Shown in pieces: positions 24,700 through 39,179 of a DNA stretch of 64,000 bases. A program made the translations under genes and the position numbers. Source of the stretch: Schizosaccharomyces osmophilus (lineage: Eukaryota). Each line of letters begins with the position of its first letter. Within the stretch, counting starts at the first letter, position 1. The notes below the pieces were generated by a model. It did no database searches, was not told the DNA's origin, and saw only the letters and a program-made list of their open reading frames with translations. Location of the stretch: assembly GCF_027921745.1 (NCBI RefSeq), contig NC_079238.1, forward strand, positions 5,456,001-5,520,000. Direction: 5' to 3'.

Positions 24700-25662
24700 T
24701 TTCAAATACGGCACACAAACTATTCAGCGGCTTTGGGGATGATACAATGGGAATAAAAGTTAATGGTAAAACGAAAGTGCAAGCAAACTCAAATGAAAGA
24801 GAGTTGAATAGTCAAAGAGGAGAAATAACCCTCCATAAAGGGAGCGAATTCTACAAAAGGAGGAATCACAGACAGCGAGCGATTTACGACTATGAACAAC
24901 TCCAAGAACCGAAGATTAGTATAAACAAGGAATGGAAAAAAAATGAAAATAAAAATGAAAAGAGAAATTTACTAAGGAACAAGAACTGTACTTTCCGGGT
25001 GGAAGCCTTTTTATATTGAAATATGCTTTTCATTCTGTCAGTACCAACCTAATCGCAGGGCAAAGCTTAAATATTGAATTTCATGGGGAGATCAGCTCTA
25101 GCGCCAATAATGTCTCGTTTAGGACTTTGAATCATCATCATTCCAGAGTTGCTCCATAAATAATAAAAGAAATGATGTGGTTTATTAGCCAATGGTAGTC
25201 TACAGATCCGAGCACTCGTTCTTTAGAAGTGGAGAAGTGACATCGCGTTCAAATAAGGTATCCTATAGGAAGGTAAGGAAATGCGGAGTTTACCTATACC
25301 GAACACTAATCCTCTGCCCCCTACTTGATGACACGCAACTGGTCGAATAGAAGGAACCTTATTTTAGTTTGTTACTTCGAGAACATCCAGCGTATCATTC
25401 CACCCATGTTGCCTGGGCCCGGCGGGGATTCCTCTCGCGGAATTTGTTTATTTGTTTTATTGCTTATTTTTTTAATTATTTCGTTGTTTGTTTATTTACT
25501 TTTTCTTGTTTTCATTCTGTTTCTACTTTTGCTGTGGTTTCCCACATGGTCCTAAATGGGATTGTTGTGAAAACATATAGCGGGACAGAAATGGGGCCCA
25601 AAAAGTCCAGTAAAAGTTTGAGTTTGAATTGAAATTAAAATTGGGTTTGTGACAAAAAGCGT

Positions 25663-25696
<34 letters not shown>

Positions 25697-28116
25697 CCTT
25701 TACGCAAGGGTGGGCGATTTGTTCTTTGAGTTCTTTGAGTTCCTTGGGGTCCTTGGGGTCCTTGGAAAAAGTGTAAACAAAGCTTAAGTGGGGGATGTAG
25801 AAGGGACGTGTTGGCACGGATGTACTGATGTACTGATGTGGTGGCATGGCTTGGTATACTCAGAAAAGATATGCAAAGAAAGTGGTGGTCCATACAGGCC
25901 GCCATTTGCAAGGCAAGGAAACGATGAATGCCTCGTGTAAGATGTCCTGTACAAAATGACTCAAAGTTTTCTAATCGCACATAGTTGCTCAAGTGTATCA
26001 GTTTGGCAATGCTCTCTTGTCTTGCTGTAGGAAAGCCAAATTCATTGAAATATAGATCCTTATCAGCTGCTGCTGAAGATCTTTGTTCCCCATTGTAATC
26101 AACTAGTTCATTTCTACGGTTTAGAGGGCTCTATTTTGCTTTATCAAAGATGGGAAGCGTGAAATAAATATTCTCTGTTTCAGCATTCCGTTGATTTGGC
26201 ATTCGCCAGTTAGACGAACAAGAATAAGCAAAATTGCTTTTTTCCTTCTTTTATACAAGAAGTTCATCTAATAAATTGATAACGCAATCCATGCGAAAGA
26301 TTCCTAGCTTTACGGTTCGTAGAAAAATTCAATGTTTTGTCACTGCCAATGCTCGTTTGTAAAAGGACTAAAGGCTTTAGGCCTAACAAAATTCAGAAAG
26401 ACTGATATATTCTGCATCTCAATTTCAAAAGTATAGTAATATGATTGTCTAAAAAAAAGTAGGAAACAGCGCTTTTTTAAAACAAAAGTGTTGTAGGTAT
26501 TCAACAATCTCAGCTCTTGTTCATATAGCTGTTTAGCAATAAATCTCAGTATCGCGCTCTACATACAGAGAGGACTTGAGAAGTACTCTATCTTATTTTT
26601 TTCATTATCATTGTTTTAAGTTTAACAATCTGTTCATAAGCCTACATTACTGCCCCGCTAGTTTGGTATTTACTTATGGATTCCATTCGAGCCATTTCTT
26701 TGTTTCCTGAACGACTCTGAATAGTTTTTACAAATATTTTTCTTTATAGAGATAGAATATCTTGTGGGCTAGTTTCTCCTCTACCTCGAGATAAAAGAGT
26801 CCTATAAATTCTTGCTAATTTTGAGCGATGTGACTCAAATTATTCTTGGGGACTGCCCTTTAAATTCAACTACAAATAGTAGTGCCGGATAAGGGCCACC
26901 AGATGGAAAAGAGTAATAAATGGATTAGCAAAACAATTCTTAACTCGTTCTGAAACAAACCTAATTCTATCCATACTTATAAGGAAATCTCGAAGCAATA
27001 TCAAAAGCAACAGCAGCTGGAACACCCTGGTAATGTTAAAGCTTCTTCAATATGGGTATCCGTAATTTATTTCTAGGCTCACCATAATCCTCATTACTTC
27101 AAACCTCCTTTCTATGCACATTACTCATAAACTAGGCGAATTTTGTAAAAGGTGCTTCCTTTTCTTACTCTCATCGTTATTATTGACTACTATCTTTTCC
27201 TTTAGACTTTCGATTCCAGAAACAATACAAACGTAAGCACGATAGCTCGAATTCGAATATAATACACAATTTGCTTTTTAAAACGCTTGAAGTGACAGTG
27301 TGGTATTAGTAGTTTTTTGCAATAAATTACTTTGCATGATCGTCTAAACTTGTAGGACCAATGTCTCCTAAATTTTGCATCTCTATTTCTTGATCTCTTC
27401 CACAATGCTTAGCAGAAAAAGTTGCCAGAAGAGCATCATCCTCGTATATATTTCTGACGGATTTGCTCGTAAAAATGCGTTCCTTCTAGTTCACACTCAA
27501 AATCCAAGACGGAACAACACTAAAAATCCTTTGATAGTTTTGTTCTACTTTACATAAACAACAGTCGGACCTCTCCATACACAAAAGTAACTTCAACAGC
27601 GTCCAAGCTGTTACTTATAGATGCCCTGCAATCGCCTTACTTTTGATCGGTGGAGCTGCTTATCCCAAACTACAGAAAGGGTTCTTTCACTTTTTATCAT
27701 ATCATCAAGTCCAACCAGATAATTTTTATGACGTTGAAAGATAAACAAACAACTGGAATTTTAATATTTTTGTTTCTCGATAAAAAGCAATTGGTTAGTG
27801 GATTCGTTTTAAACTTAAAGCTACTGATTAAGGATTGCTATATATGGACCTATTTCTCGTAAGAAAATGCGTTTTCTGGCAGGACTTATACGATACGCTA
27901 CAATAAGACTTACAAGGCTATCATTTTGTGAAATATTGAAGAGTTTTTCTTCGATTTGCATTTTCCTCGGTGTAAACGCGCTTTTACTGTTCTAGCGAGC
28001 AATTTCCTCATTTTCTGATTTTAGTACCTATCCAATTGGGGGGTTGTCTAGTTCAAAGTTTATATCTTATCTTTTCTGTTTTCTGATTTATTATTTATAT
28101 TTTGTTAGCGTTTATT

Positions 28117-29676
28117 ATGTCTTCAAATTTGAGTTCTTTTTCTGTTGAAAAAGTCGAAACAAGTGTTCCACCAAATACTGAATTAATGGTTCATGATTCG
28201 ATAGCTACATCCTATTCAAAACATTCAATGAGAAATTTAGACGATGAAAAACAAAATGTTTACGAATCTTCATCGCAAATAGAAGAAGGATCTATCCATT
28301 CTACCACTGAAACTGGGGGTGAGTCTATTAGCGAATGGAAAAAGTTCTATGAAGTCTTCATCTGTGGTGTTGCCTTAATTTCGGATGGCTATTGCTCCAA
28401 CTCTATCGGTACTGTCATAACGATTTTAAAGAGGCTTTATCCCAAGGAGACAACAGGCAACAAGTCACTAAAGGACATAGGTATGATTGCGTATGTTGGT
28501 ACTGTTGTCGGTCAATTATCCTTTGGTTGGTACTCTGACTTTTTCGGTCGTAAGAATGGTATGATTACTGCTACTCTTATTCTTATTGTATCGACTGCTC
28601 TTTGCACTGGCGCTTATGGATATCACGGAAGTATTAATGGAATGATTTCTGCTATGATTGCTTATCGATTTTTTCTCGGTATCGGTATTGGCGCTGAATA
28701 CCCTTGTGGATCAGTAGCTGCTTCTGAGAACTCGAGTCAAATGAAGCCAGGTAGACGACATGGTTTATTCATTTTGGTAACAAATGCTGCTGTTGACATT
28801 GGGCTTGCTCTAGGTGCTTTTGTTCCATACATCCTTGTTTGCATATTTAGCGATCGTCATCTTCGGGCTGTCTGGCGTATGTCGATTGGTTTAGGTTCTG
28901 TCATTCCTATTCTTCTTCTAATTGTTCGCTTACCAATGAAAGAAAATGGAGTTTATTTGAAATCTAAAATTCCCTATTCCAAAATTCCATGGCCTGTCGT
29001 CTTGCGTTTATACGGTGTTCGTTTCCTCGTCATCTGCATTGTGTGGTTCACTTATGACTTATCCACTTTTGCATTTAGCTTATACTCTAGTACTATTGTT
29101 AGTGGCGTTCTCCCTTCGAATGCATCTATCGCGAAAAGCTTTGGGTGGAACACTCTTATCAACTCATTTCCCCTCCCAGGTACTTGGTTCAGCTGTATTT
29201 TTGTCGACATTATTGGTCCCAAGTGGTGCTTAGTGTCTGGCTTGATTTCCCAAGGTGTCATCGGTCTTTTCATGTCCGGATTTTACAATCAACTGGTTCA
29301 TCGTATCGCCGGCTTTTGTGTTATATATGGCATCTTTTTGACACTCGGTGAATTTGGTCCTGGTAGTAATATTGGCTTACTAGCTTCCAAAACTTCGCCT
29401 ACTGCCATTCGCGGTATTTATTATGGTCTTGCTGCTGCCATTGGAAAGTGCGGTGCTATTGCTGGTGTATACGCCTTTGGTGGAAATCAAGTGCGAGTGT
29501 ATTTTTTTGCTGCCAGTGGAATCGCGCTATTTGTTGCTGTCTTGGTTTTCTTTTTTCTTCCTCAAGTCCATCAGACCTGCGTGGAAGACGAAGATGAACG
29601 CTTCATTCAAGCTTGTGTCGATGCTGGATATGGAAATCCTTATGTTTACGAGGAAACATACCTTGTGAAATCGTAA
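28117..29676 (+). CDS. Glycerophosphodiester transporter (Git1/Tgp1-like MFS)
   Basis: [39 protein letters not shown] and TLGEFGPG motifs. Confidence 0.88.
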   Translation: MSSNLSSFSVEKVETSVPPNTELMVHDSIATSYSKHSMRNLDDEKQNVYESSSQIEEGSIHSTTETGGESISEWKKFYEVFICGVALISDGYCSNSIGTVITILKRLYPKETTGNKSLKDIGMIAYVGTVVGQLSFGWYSDFFGRKNGMITATLILIVSTALCTGAYGYHGSINGMISAMIAYRFFLGIGIGAEYPCGSVAASENSSQMKPGRRHGLFILVTNAAVDIGLALGAFVPYILVCIFSDRHLRAVWRMSIGLGSVIPILLLIVRLPMKENGVYLKSKIPYSKIPWPVVLRLYGVRFLVICIVWFTYDLSTFAFSLYSSTIVSGVLPSNASIAKSFGWNTLINSFPLPGTWFSCIFVDIIGPKWCLVSGLISQGVIGLFMSGFYNQLVHRIAGFCVIYGIFLTLGEFGPGSNIGLLASKTSPTAIRGIYYGLAAAIGKCGAIAGVYAFGGNQVRVYFFAASGIALFVAVLVFFFLPQVHQTCVEDEDERFIQACVDAGYGNPYVYEETYLVKS

Positions 29677-32579
29677 TGTTAGATCCAACACTTGATGTTG
29701 AAAGGAAAGAATTAAAAGTACATTGCATGATAGCGGGGTCTTTCTTTTTCAGTCAAATGTATTTTTACTTTTTTTTTTTTTTTTTTTTATGATCGATATG
29801 ACTAATTTATATATGCTTTTGAATTTTTCCTTTAATGAATGACTCAGAAAAGAAAAACAATAATAGTACTTTTATTGATTTTCGAGTGGAAACACTACTT
29901 TGGACCGAATCATCTACGGAGCGCGTTCTTAGGTGTTTGAGGTTGATAATTACAGCATTATTTATAGAAATTATAGAAAATCGTTCAAAAAGGAGAATAC
30001 AAAAATCATGTTCTAAAGAATATAAAGACTAAACCATTTAATATCCAGGTTTTTTATCGTATTTTTGATAATCCAAAAGACTGCAAACCTCAGATTTATT
30101 TCAAAAACAGCAAATGGTATAACTAGTGGCTTGATTCCAAAGTCCAATAACGAACTATTCAGCTCCAGTTTCATTGGATACTTATCTGCAAATTGGAATG
30201 AACGACAGGTACAAAATAGAGTTAAGAACATCAATTCCAGCCTTGGCGAAATATAACGGAGCACTTGAAGGATTCGTTTGCTATACAACTAAGGACTCAA
30301 CATAAAAAAGTGAGCTAACTGACTATAAGAAATAACTGGATAATGTAATTATAAATGGGACAATCTTTCCTTAAAAAAGGCATTGCTTCTCAAAAAAAAT
30401 ATCAGTTCTAGTAAAATATTTTAGCAAAAAGATCCCAACTTAAGGATTCTTTGCTCTATTTTTTCGCCTTTATTATAATAGCAACAAATGAACCAAAACA
30501 AACGGAAGAGTATGCATAGTAAATAAAATAAATTAAAGATTCTTTTTAGCGAAATCCCATCTCATCCTCCACTGAATATTTATCATGTTGGGATGCAATT
30601 TAATTACCGTTGTCCATGATCGTAACAAAAAAGAGACGTAACGTAGCTTTAATTTCTTCCCACCCTGCTGTTAAGTCACGAATCGATTTAAATTTTTGGA
30701 AAGCATGAATAGAAAAGTAAAATGTAAAAATGGCTGGCTGGCTCGTTCAAATTGTACTTGGGGCTTCCTTTTCATTGTATAAAAATACAAGTTCTTAAGA
30801 ATTGATCCTTATCAAGCTTCAATTCTTTTTGTATCTGTCGTTGAAAGATATAGAAAAGATGTGATCAAATAACCTCTTACACTCAAAAAAACCTTATGTA
30901 CTGCACTTGCACTTGCACTTGAACTTGTTTTCAAACATGATTGCACATTATCACTTCTACATAAACATCCATCTCATCTCGAAGCGATCATTGTACAAAA
31001 GAGGTATTATGATTTCGGCCGTTTCTTTGTCTTTGTTAACGAATGGATTTCATACCAGGAGGGTTGAGTGTGACTTGCTCAGCTCAACATAACAAAGAAA
31101 AGATGCGAAATCGTTTCTTTATTCTGATCATCAAAAGAAGTGACACATCTCTTTCATCGTCAATAGTATATGATGTACTTGTTTGAACTCTCAATCAAAA
31201 ACAAATGACTTGTAACAAAAGATCACCTATTGTGTGTTTTATAAGCCCTCAAGATGTCGCAAATTTAGGCTTTGTCTTACTCTCTTTGTTTGGAAACTGT
31301 GACGAAATATCATAATGAACAAAAAAAGTAAAAGTGGAGACGTTGTTTTCAAAATTTCTACTTAATGAACCCAATGGCTCTTAAATTTGGTAAATCCAAG
31401 GAACCATCTACCATACCATTGACACTTTCCAAGGTTTATCAAGGTTAATACAATGCGCATCTTTTTAATCAGTCTTTTTTTCACAGCTCTTTTGGGAATC
31501 GGTGTTGCCCATCCGTTGAATAACGGTGAAGTCGTTAAAAACACCACTTCGATTGCTGTTGCTACCCATGAAAGCTTTAAAACTATAACTTCTGTTGCTC
31601 CTCCAGTTTATTATACTGGCAAATCTTAAGAGAGAGAGTAGAATGCACTGTTTCCGATCTAATTCCAGACGGGATGCAATACAATTATTATTATTAACGA
31701 GATGATTCTGAAAGAATATTTATGACTTTTGTTAGAGTACTACTAGAGAGGACAGGAATAAACTGTTTTGCAACTATTGATTTATTATTTACTTTCAGCA
31801 ACACTGTGTAGCACTCGGTAGAAGGAACGAGACCATCAGACGCTTAAATTCAGCTATCAAACGACTACTAGCACTGTGACAGCCAACCGGTGAATTATAA
31901 ATACCTTCAATATTTGAAAAGATGCTAAATTTTATACGTTCATTGCAGTAATAAGCTATAGAATACAGAATTCAACAAGGCTCCGGCAAACTTCATTATA
32001 GAAAGCAAGCACAGATTCTTACTTGCTTTGTTAACATTTATAAGCCATAGCAAAGGTCCTCGTCCATCAATAAATGGGATTGGCTCTGTTTATAAAGTTT
32101 TCAGATCTCTTTGCCGAGGTTTTTGTTTACCTTGAATTCATTTCCGTCAATCTATTTTAATAACATGCACATTACCTCGAAAAACAAATTTAAAAAACCC
32201 AACTTTCTCCTTTAACCTCTACAGGGAAGCTATTTTGTCAGAAGAAAGTAAGCAACTCATCCCTCTATAACCTTATGTTGTTCCGTACAAATATTCTCCT
32301 ACCAAGTACTCCGTATTACAAATTGTAAACAAAGCAAAGTAACAAAACATGAAGCAATTCGAAACGAAAATTGTGCAACTTGAAGAAGAAATTTGTGATG
32401 TTCTTTTTTCTAATCAGTAGATAAGCGCATCTTTTTAGTGCTATATATTCCACCAGGCGACTCACTCAGCAGTAGAACACGCAGAGATCCTTGTAAACAA
32501 AAGGTACCGCTTAACTTGATCCTTCTTTTTGTTTCTTTCCTTTTTTTTGAACTTTCAATTTTCCTTTTTAGCAGACAAC

Positions 32580-34265
32580 ATGACAAAATCTCCAAACTTT
32601 CTCATTATTGTTGCAGATGACTTGGGTTGGTCAGATGTTGGAGCGTTTGGATCAGAAATCAACACACCCAATTTAGACGCCTTGGCCAAGGAGGGCCTTC
32701 GCTTTACTGACTTTCATACAGCATCAGCTTGTTCACCGACAAGGTCTATGCTCTTGTCTGGAACCGACAACCATCTTGCCGGTCTGGGTCAAATGGCAGA
32801 GTTTGCATCACGGATCCATCAATGGGATGGCTATCCTGGATACGAAGGCTATTTGAACTGGCGGGTAGCAGCTTTGCCTGAGATTTTGAAGGAAAAATAT
32901 GATACCATAATTTCCGGAAAATGGCACTTGGGATTAACCAAAGAAACTTCTCCTTCAGCTCGTGGATTTGAAAAAGTATTTTCCTTACTCCCTGGTGCTG
33001 GCCATCATTTTAAAGATTACAAACCTTCAGATGAAAATTACAAAGAGAGTTCAGATGAACTAAAGAAATTACTTCCCCCTCTCTATATGTCTGGAAGCGA
33101 ATTCGTCGACGCAGATAAAGAGCTCCCTGAAGATTTCTATTCTTCAGATTATTTCGCTTCCAAGCTCATAAATTATCTTGATGAACATTATAGAAAAGAC
33201 AAAGATAAACCTTTCTTTGCGTACCTTCCATTTACCGCTCCTCACTGGCCTCTACAAGCACCTCGTCATCTCATCGAAAAGTACAAAGGGAAATATAATA
33301 AAGGCCCAGATGCTTTGCGGTTATCCAGGCTAGCAAAGCAGGAGACGCTTGGAGTCTATAACAGCACAACAGACGGTCCTCCAGCAGAAGTATCTACCGA
33401 TGAAGAAAAACAGTGGTCAGATATGAGTGAAGAAGAACAAAAAACTAGTTCAAGGACGATGGAAGTTTACGCAGCAATGGTCGAACAACTAGATCGGAAT
33501 GTTGGAAACGTGATTCAATATTTAAAGGAAAAAGGAGAATACGACAACACATTTGTTTTGTTTATGTCGGACAATGGTGCTGAAGGTGCTATTCTTGAGA
33601 ATAAACCTTTAAATGGAGAGAAAGTTTCTGACCTCATTCGTCAAAGATATAATAACACATTTGATAATCTAGGAAATAGAAACTCATTCGTATGGTACGG
33701 CCCAAGATGGGCGTTGGCTGCCACGGCTCCTTCAAAAGATAGCAAATTTTACATTTCAGAAGGTGGAATCCGTTGTCCACTTATTGTTCGATTCCCTCCA
33801 ATCATTAAGAACCCAGGAGGCATCTCGCATGACTTTACTACAGTTATGGATATCACTCCAACTGTCCTTGAGCTAGCGGGCATTCGACACCCATATCCTC
33901 GATACAATGAAAGGGATGTTTTACCATTGAGAGGGAAATCTTGGGTAAATCATCTTGCTAACGGGGAACCTGTCTATGATGAAGAAGTAGACTTTACTGG
34001 ATGGGAATTATTTGGCCAGCGCGCAGTAAGACGTGGACCTTGGAAGGCCATTTACGTTCCCAAATCAAACGCCTTTTCTGTTGTAACTCAAAAGTATAAG
34101 AGCGGGCGAGGTGGTGATTCGAAATGGAGGCTTTACAACGTAAAAGAAGATTGTGCTGAATCCAAGGACCTTTCTGAGGAGAGGCCAGATATACTCCGTG
34201 ATCTGGTCAATTATTGGACTTTGTATGTCAGCGAGACAGGCTTAGTTCCTGTCATTGAAAATTAA
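32580..34265 (+). CDS. Arylsulfatase (Cys-type, formylglycine-dependent)
   Basis: PNFLIIVADDLG, CSPTRSMLLSG (CxPxR), GKWHLG, FTAPHWPLQAP and SDNG motifs. Confidence 0.95.
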   Translation: MTKSPNFLIIVADDLGWSDVGAFGSEINTPNLDALAKEGLRFTDFHTASACSPTRSMLLSGTDNHLAGLGQMAEFASRIHQWDGYPGYEGYLNWRVAALPEILKEKYDTIISGKWHLGLTKETSPSARGFEKVFSLLPGAGHHFKDYKPSDENYKESSDELKKLLPPLYMSGSEFVDADKELPEDFYSSDYFASKLINYLDEHYRKDKDKPFFAYLPFTAPHWPLQAPRHLIEKYKGKYNKGPDALRLSRLAKQETLGVYNSTTDGPPAEVSTDEEKQWSDMSEEEQKTSSRTMEVYAAMVEQLDRNVGNVIQYLKEKGEYDNTFVLFMSDNGAEGAILENKPLNGEKVSDLIRQRYNNTFDNLGNRNSFVWYGPRWALAATAPSKDSKFYISEGGIRCPLIVRFPPIIKNPGGISHDFTTVMDITPTVLELAGIRHPYPRYNERDVLPLRGKSWVNHLANGEPVYDEEVDFTGWELFGQRAVRRGPWKAIYVPKSNAFSVVTQKYKSGRGGDSKWRLYNVKEDCAESKDLSEERPDILRDLVNYWTLYVSETGLVPVIEN

Positions 34266-34799
34266 CGGGCAGACAACTCCATAAATTCACCTTTATCCAT
34301 GCGCTTTATGATTCAAATTTAATTTGTATAAAATCGTAGTCGTATTGTGCGGCATGTCATTTGTAGGAAGCTACATAAATAAAAAAGAAAAAAAAAGTCA
34401 GTAATTGCAAAGACAAGAATATAAAAATGACTGCAAATCTCACTGTTTATGAGATTGCTTACAACGAAAGCAGTATAGTTTGTATACTTTAGTTTAAACG
34501 TTGATGTCTTTTGCATTTAGACGCCAGTATAGGCTCGCGAAATTTGTTGGTAAAATCGGAGTAAAGCCGATATTATAGTTGGATCTTCCCATCCAAAGAT
34601 CTGAAGAATTTAACTAAAATTGCTATCTCAAACATTCAATTTGAACTCAAAATGATTTTCGTTTAAAAAATTCAGCTCCACAAGGCCCATATTCGCTTCA
34701 AAGGCATTTTTATACTTTGCGCCATCAAGAAAAAAGAATTTCATTCAGCATATTATTCGTAAAGGTCTCTCAAATATATGATTAATACACAATAGGTAC

Positions 34800-36572
34800 T
34801 CAGTGAAGAAAACGAAAATCTAGTCTTTTGTTTCCTTCATCCGTAGTATTTTCAATGTAATATTTTTTCTCCTCTTCCGTCGTGTCATTCCATACTTTCT
34901 CTCTCTTTTTGTTTATGTAGACATAGAAGAATTTTGTAAATAAATAAATAACAACGTTAAGGCAAGTAATGCCAATGAGATCGCGGTTTCCTCGTCTGTA
35001 GCGAGGGGCATCATCTGCCCGATAAATCATGGAAGACACAATACCACCAATCTGGACCGAGATATTATACAATGAAGCAGACACAGTTCGGGTACGAACA
35101 GAATTCGAATTTTGAGAATTCCAACCTACCTGTACTGGATGCGCATAAGGTGTACCAACAATTAAAGTAGAGAGTACATACAATACCCACTTGCTGGTAG
35201 ACCCGGGCAAAACGTACAAGGCAATTAGTAGAGGCAGCATATAAAATTGCGGACTCATGCAAACCATTGCTTTCTCTCCAATCATTTCGCTGAAAAACGT
35301 AAGTGTCAACATGTTTATAATCTTTAAGAATATTGACGGAAGGACTAGTAAATTGGTTTTGACAGTTGAGAATCCAAGGTTTTTCAAGCTCAATGTTAAA
35401 TAGGAGTTTGGTGGAGTACAGGGAATCATAAAACAAACTCCAATTGCATACAGAGGCCACAAATGGTAATCGCAGAGGGCTTTCCAAAGAAGCTTGGGAG
35501 TTAATGCTTGTCGATTGTGCATAGTACCTTTCGAAGGATCGTTTCGTAATGCTCGATTGACAATGATTTTCTCTTGTCGTTCACTAAACCAACCTTTTTT
35601 CCCGCGGAACCAAGAGGCAGTGGCAGTGGGGCCAGAAGGCATCATACCATAGGAAAATAAACCAATAAAAAAAGTGATAAGGCCTTGAATCAAAAAGAGG
35701 TAGCGCCAACCAGCAATCCCATGGCGACCACCTAGTTTGAGAATGCCGACGGCAGAAAAAGCAGCGAAAATATCAGCAAGGGAATTGGAAATCCAAAAGA
35801 AGGAAAAGCGAAGGTTCAACTCGGAACCCGTGTAGTAATAAGACAAATACAAAACAACATCCGGAATGAATCCTCCTTCTAAAACACCAAGCAAGGCTCG
35901 GGTCACATAAAAGGAAGCTTTATTTTTTAAGAAAAATTGAAATATTGTCACAATACTCCAAAGCGTGATTTGAGTGGGGATCCAGTGATCAGGACCAATA
36001 CGTTTACTGATCAGTTGTGATGGCAACTCTGCAAGTAAAAAGGAGCAGTAAAAAACAATCATTCCGTTATTATAATCATTTGTGGTCATGCCTAAATCAC
36101 CCAAAAGGTTATCACTCAGCGCTTGTTTGATATTGGCACGATCCAGCTCGAGTGCGAAAAACATAACACATGTCCAGAGCATAATAAACAAATCCATTTT
36201 TCTAACAAGTCGTTTTTCTTCTCTCCAACTCCATCGAAAAAATGGGTCGAATCGGTGATTATTTTCATAGGTATCAATAGGGTAATACGCTTCTCGTACA
36301 TTGGGATCATCGTACACGGAATACTGAGTGGCTATCGCATCGTCGGGTATTTTTGTCCTTGGTCCAAAGAACAAAGAGTATAGGGTCCTTTGAGGAAGTG
36401 GTGGTCCCAAGTCATCGGGTTTGGCTTCATGGACCTTGGGTTGGGATTCTAATTCCGTTAACTTGAGTGTAAATGTATGTGGTCCTTTTTTGTCTTCCTC
36501 TGAATCGGATGAATGTGAACTACGACTTCCACTGATATGGGTAAGATAGTCATCTGTTTCGTCGTTGCTCAT
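34800..36572 (-). CDS. MFS transporter, allantoate-permease/Soa1-like
   Basis: LELDRANI, AELPSQLISKRIGP, EGGFIPD, GWRYLFLIQG and EGNKRLDFRFLH motifs. Confidence 0.88.
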   Translation of the reverse strand: MSNDETDDYLTHISGSRSSHSSDSEEDKKGPHTFTLKLTELESQPKVHEAKPDDLGPPLPQRTLYSLFFGPRTKIPDDAIATQYSVYDDPNVREAYYPIDTYENNHRFDPFFRWSWREEKRLVRKMDLFIMLWTCVMFFALELDRANIKQALSDNLLGDLGMTTNDYNNGMIVFYCSFLLAELPSQLISKRIGPDHWIPTQITLWSIVTIFQFFLKNKASFYVTRALLGVLEGGFIPDVVLYLSYYYTGSELNLRFSFFWISNSLADIFAAFSAVGILKLGGRHGIAGWRYLFLIQGLITFFIGLFSYGMMPSGPTATASWFRGKKGWFSERQEKIIVNRALRNDPSKGTMHNRQALTPKLLWKALCDYHLWPLYAIGVCFMIPCTPPNSYLTLSLKNLGFSTVKTNLLVLPSIFLKIINMLTLTFFSEMIGEKAMVCMSPQFYMLPLLIALYVLPGSTSKWVLYVLSTLIVGTPYAHPVQVGWNSQNSNSVRTRTVSASLYNISVQIGGIVSSMIYRADDAPRYRRGNRDLIGITCLNVVIYLFTKFFYVYINKKREKVWNDTTEEEKKYYIENTTDEGNKRLDFRFLH

Positions 36573-39179
36573 GATGAAAGATTGACAGCGTCCTTTCGGT
36601 TTGGTTCGTTTTCCTATAGTAGTACTTATAAGCTATAAAGCGCCTCGGTTGACGACAAACGATGTCTAGTCAATGCTTCGTTTTCTCAGGCGGGAAAAGA
36701 ATGACAAAGATCAATACGCAAAAGCACCGCCATTCCAACATTTATATACATATTCAATCGTCAAGATGGTGGAACCTTGCGGTAGATAGATTATCTGTTG
36801 TTCTTCGGAAACCCGTCTAATCATGCTCGACGGCCCAATTAGTAGACTTGGAAATTATATTTTTTTCTGTTAAAATTAACAACAAACATGGTCACATAGG
36901 TAGTTCAAATGATAAATTTTGGAAAGAATTAGGAATCTCTAGGTCTCGATTACGCTGGCAAGAAAGGGCCATTGCGTTTGTCACGGTTGTAATATTCACT
37001 GGCTGTTAGAATAAAAGTCGGTGGATATAATAGTGCTGTAAATAGGGAATTGGTTTCTTCTTGTCCTGTAGTAGAAAGACAATAAACAGGCGCTGGAGAT
37101 TCCAATAAGTTCGCTTTGAAATAGATATGAAAAGATCTGGTTTCAACCTGAGTGTCTTTCGAGCAAAAATTCAGACGGTAGACTTGGGGAAGATTCGTTT
37201 ATTTGTCAATTGAAGGGTAAGAATTCATATTTGGAAGTTACTTAGATTTCCTGAATGATCGAACTTGGGTTCGACGTAAATCCAAGAAACGGGTTTTCGT
37301 CAGCGATTCTATAGTTGGATTGGCACACAAAGTTTGCAATGCAAAACAGCTATGGAAATTGTTAGAATTACCAGAGATATCTTCCAATCTTTTTTTTAAA
37401 CATAATGTAAGAATGGCTTACTGTTCTCTGTTTATCCTAAAAAAGTATGAAACTCACATGGAAATAGTCGCCTTTGCATGAAGTTGGAATGACGAAAAAT
37501 AGGTGGTTCTAAAAACAGACTTTTAACATCATGCTATGGATTTGGATTATGTTTTTGTACTTTGCAACTAATTTTGTAAGGTATCATCAGTATGCCGGTA
37601 TTGCTTCCTGTCTGTCTTTTATTGCTTTCTACTTCTACGATGCTGCTATATGCAAATAAGTAATCCGAATATATCAACTAAAATCATATAAAGTGATAGT
37701 TCGCATATTACAAATCGTAAACAAAGCAAAGAGATTTGTGACATATGAATGAAATCTGGTGTATTTGAAGTAAATGGGTCGTTCGCTGAACAGGAATAAG
37801 AATAAAAAAATGCTTGACATGTTTAGTTACAATGAGATACTTCCAACACCGAGTCTTTACACTATCATTGCCGCGGTCTTAGGTGTGAACAACGGCAACC
37901 TTCCTTCCCTCCTTTTCTCTTGCCTGTTCGTTCAAAATCAATCATCTGAAGCTAGTACGGTGGTGGATGTTACATTGTTGCCAAACACTTCAGTTTTCAA
38001 CTAGTTCTCACAACCAGAGGAAAGCAATGAAACAGCATTGAATTGGCACACATCTACAGTAGTACGGATTTATATGAAATTCACTCTAAAAAGCTGTCTT
38101 CATGCTTTATGCGTTGTATACAGAACGATGCTCTATAAGGAGATGTATACTCAGAAAACCGATTTCGGTCATCATTTAGTTATGGCCGTGACCCTGACAA
38201 AAAAAAGTTACTTGAAATGTACCTCAACGTACGTTCCACTTACAAAAAACCGCTCCTGTTAGTTGCCCTCCCCAGCTAATTGACTCTTGTATGATGAAAG
38301 CCTTTACTCGTTTATTGAAAAACTGACTATCTCCATCTAACCCATTAACGTTTTTCTTTTCCATAAAGAAAATGGGGTTTTGCATTTTATTGGGGATGAT
38401 TGCTTCTACCAGGAAAAGGTTATATCTAGCTATTACGTTGAAATACAAAAGTTATTTCAACTTTTGTCAAAATGCGAAAATAAAAAAAAAATTAAACATG
38501 GAAATCACCTCAAATACCGCGATTTTGACTGTCAAATTTTCACATCGGTAGAAATCACTTTCCTTTTTTTATTTTTCAGAATCATTAGATGAAAGTCATG
38601 ACGTAACAATGTTGTTTCATGGGTGACTTGTTTTTTGTCATACCCAACGGGGTCGTTTGATTCTAAGTGCTTATTTCGGTAAATGTCCATTGTCACTCAC
38701 TTGCTCAACAAGCTTTTGGTTTGAAACAATGATGCTTTGTAGTAGTTGTTTATTTCTTTTTTTTATTGATTCCTTTGATTATCGTACTTACATTCGCATG
38801 CAGACGAATTTCAATTAGAAATTTGAGCACATATGGCAAGTCCAAACACGCAGAAAAAAAATCAGTTGGTTTTTGCTATTACGTTTACCGTTGCCAACGA
38901 ATTTTTAATTGAAAATAAGTAACAATGATCAGTAATAGAAGTAGAAAAATCGTAAATAAAAAAGAAATGGAAAAAATGTTTATAAAGGATTTAGTTGCTG
39001 CAGGTTTTCCATGCGATCAAGATAAAGGTTTTTTTGATTATCTTTTGACACTTGGGATATCTTGGACTCATAGGAACTAATTGAAATTGAATTAAAAATC
39101 AAAATTAACAGAACAAAAAAGCAAAGCAAAGCAAAGGATAGGATAGAAAAGAAGTTTTCACTTTTGAACATGGAAAATA

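Noticed and set aside
25552..25992. Poly-Lys ORFs and 9-bp repeats upstream of the ght gene
   Set aside because: They arise from a poly-T tract and short G/C-rich repeats in a long promoter; no coding signature.
31360..31440. Peptide IQGTIYHTI resembling a Helitron Rep motif
   Set aside because: Flanked by stops, with no other Rep/helicase motifs or termini; likely chance.
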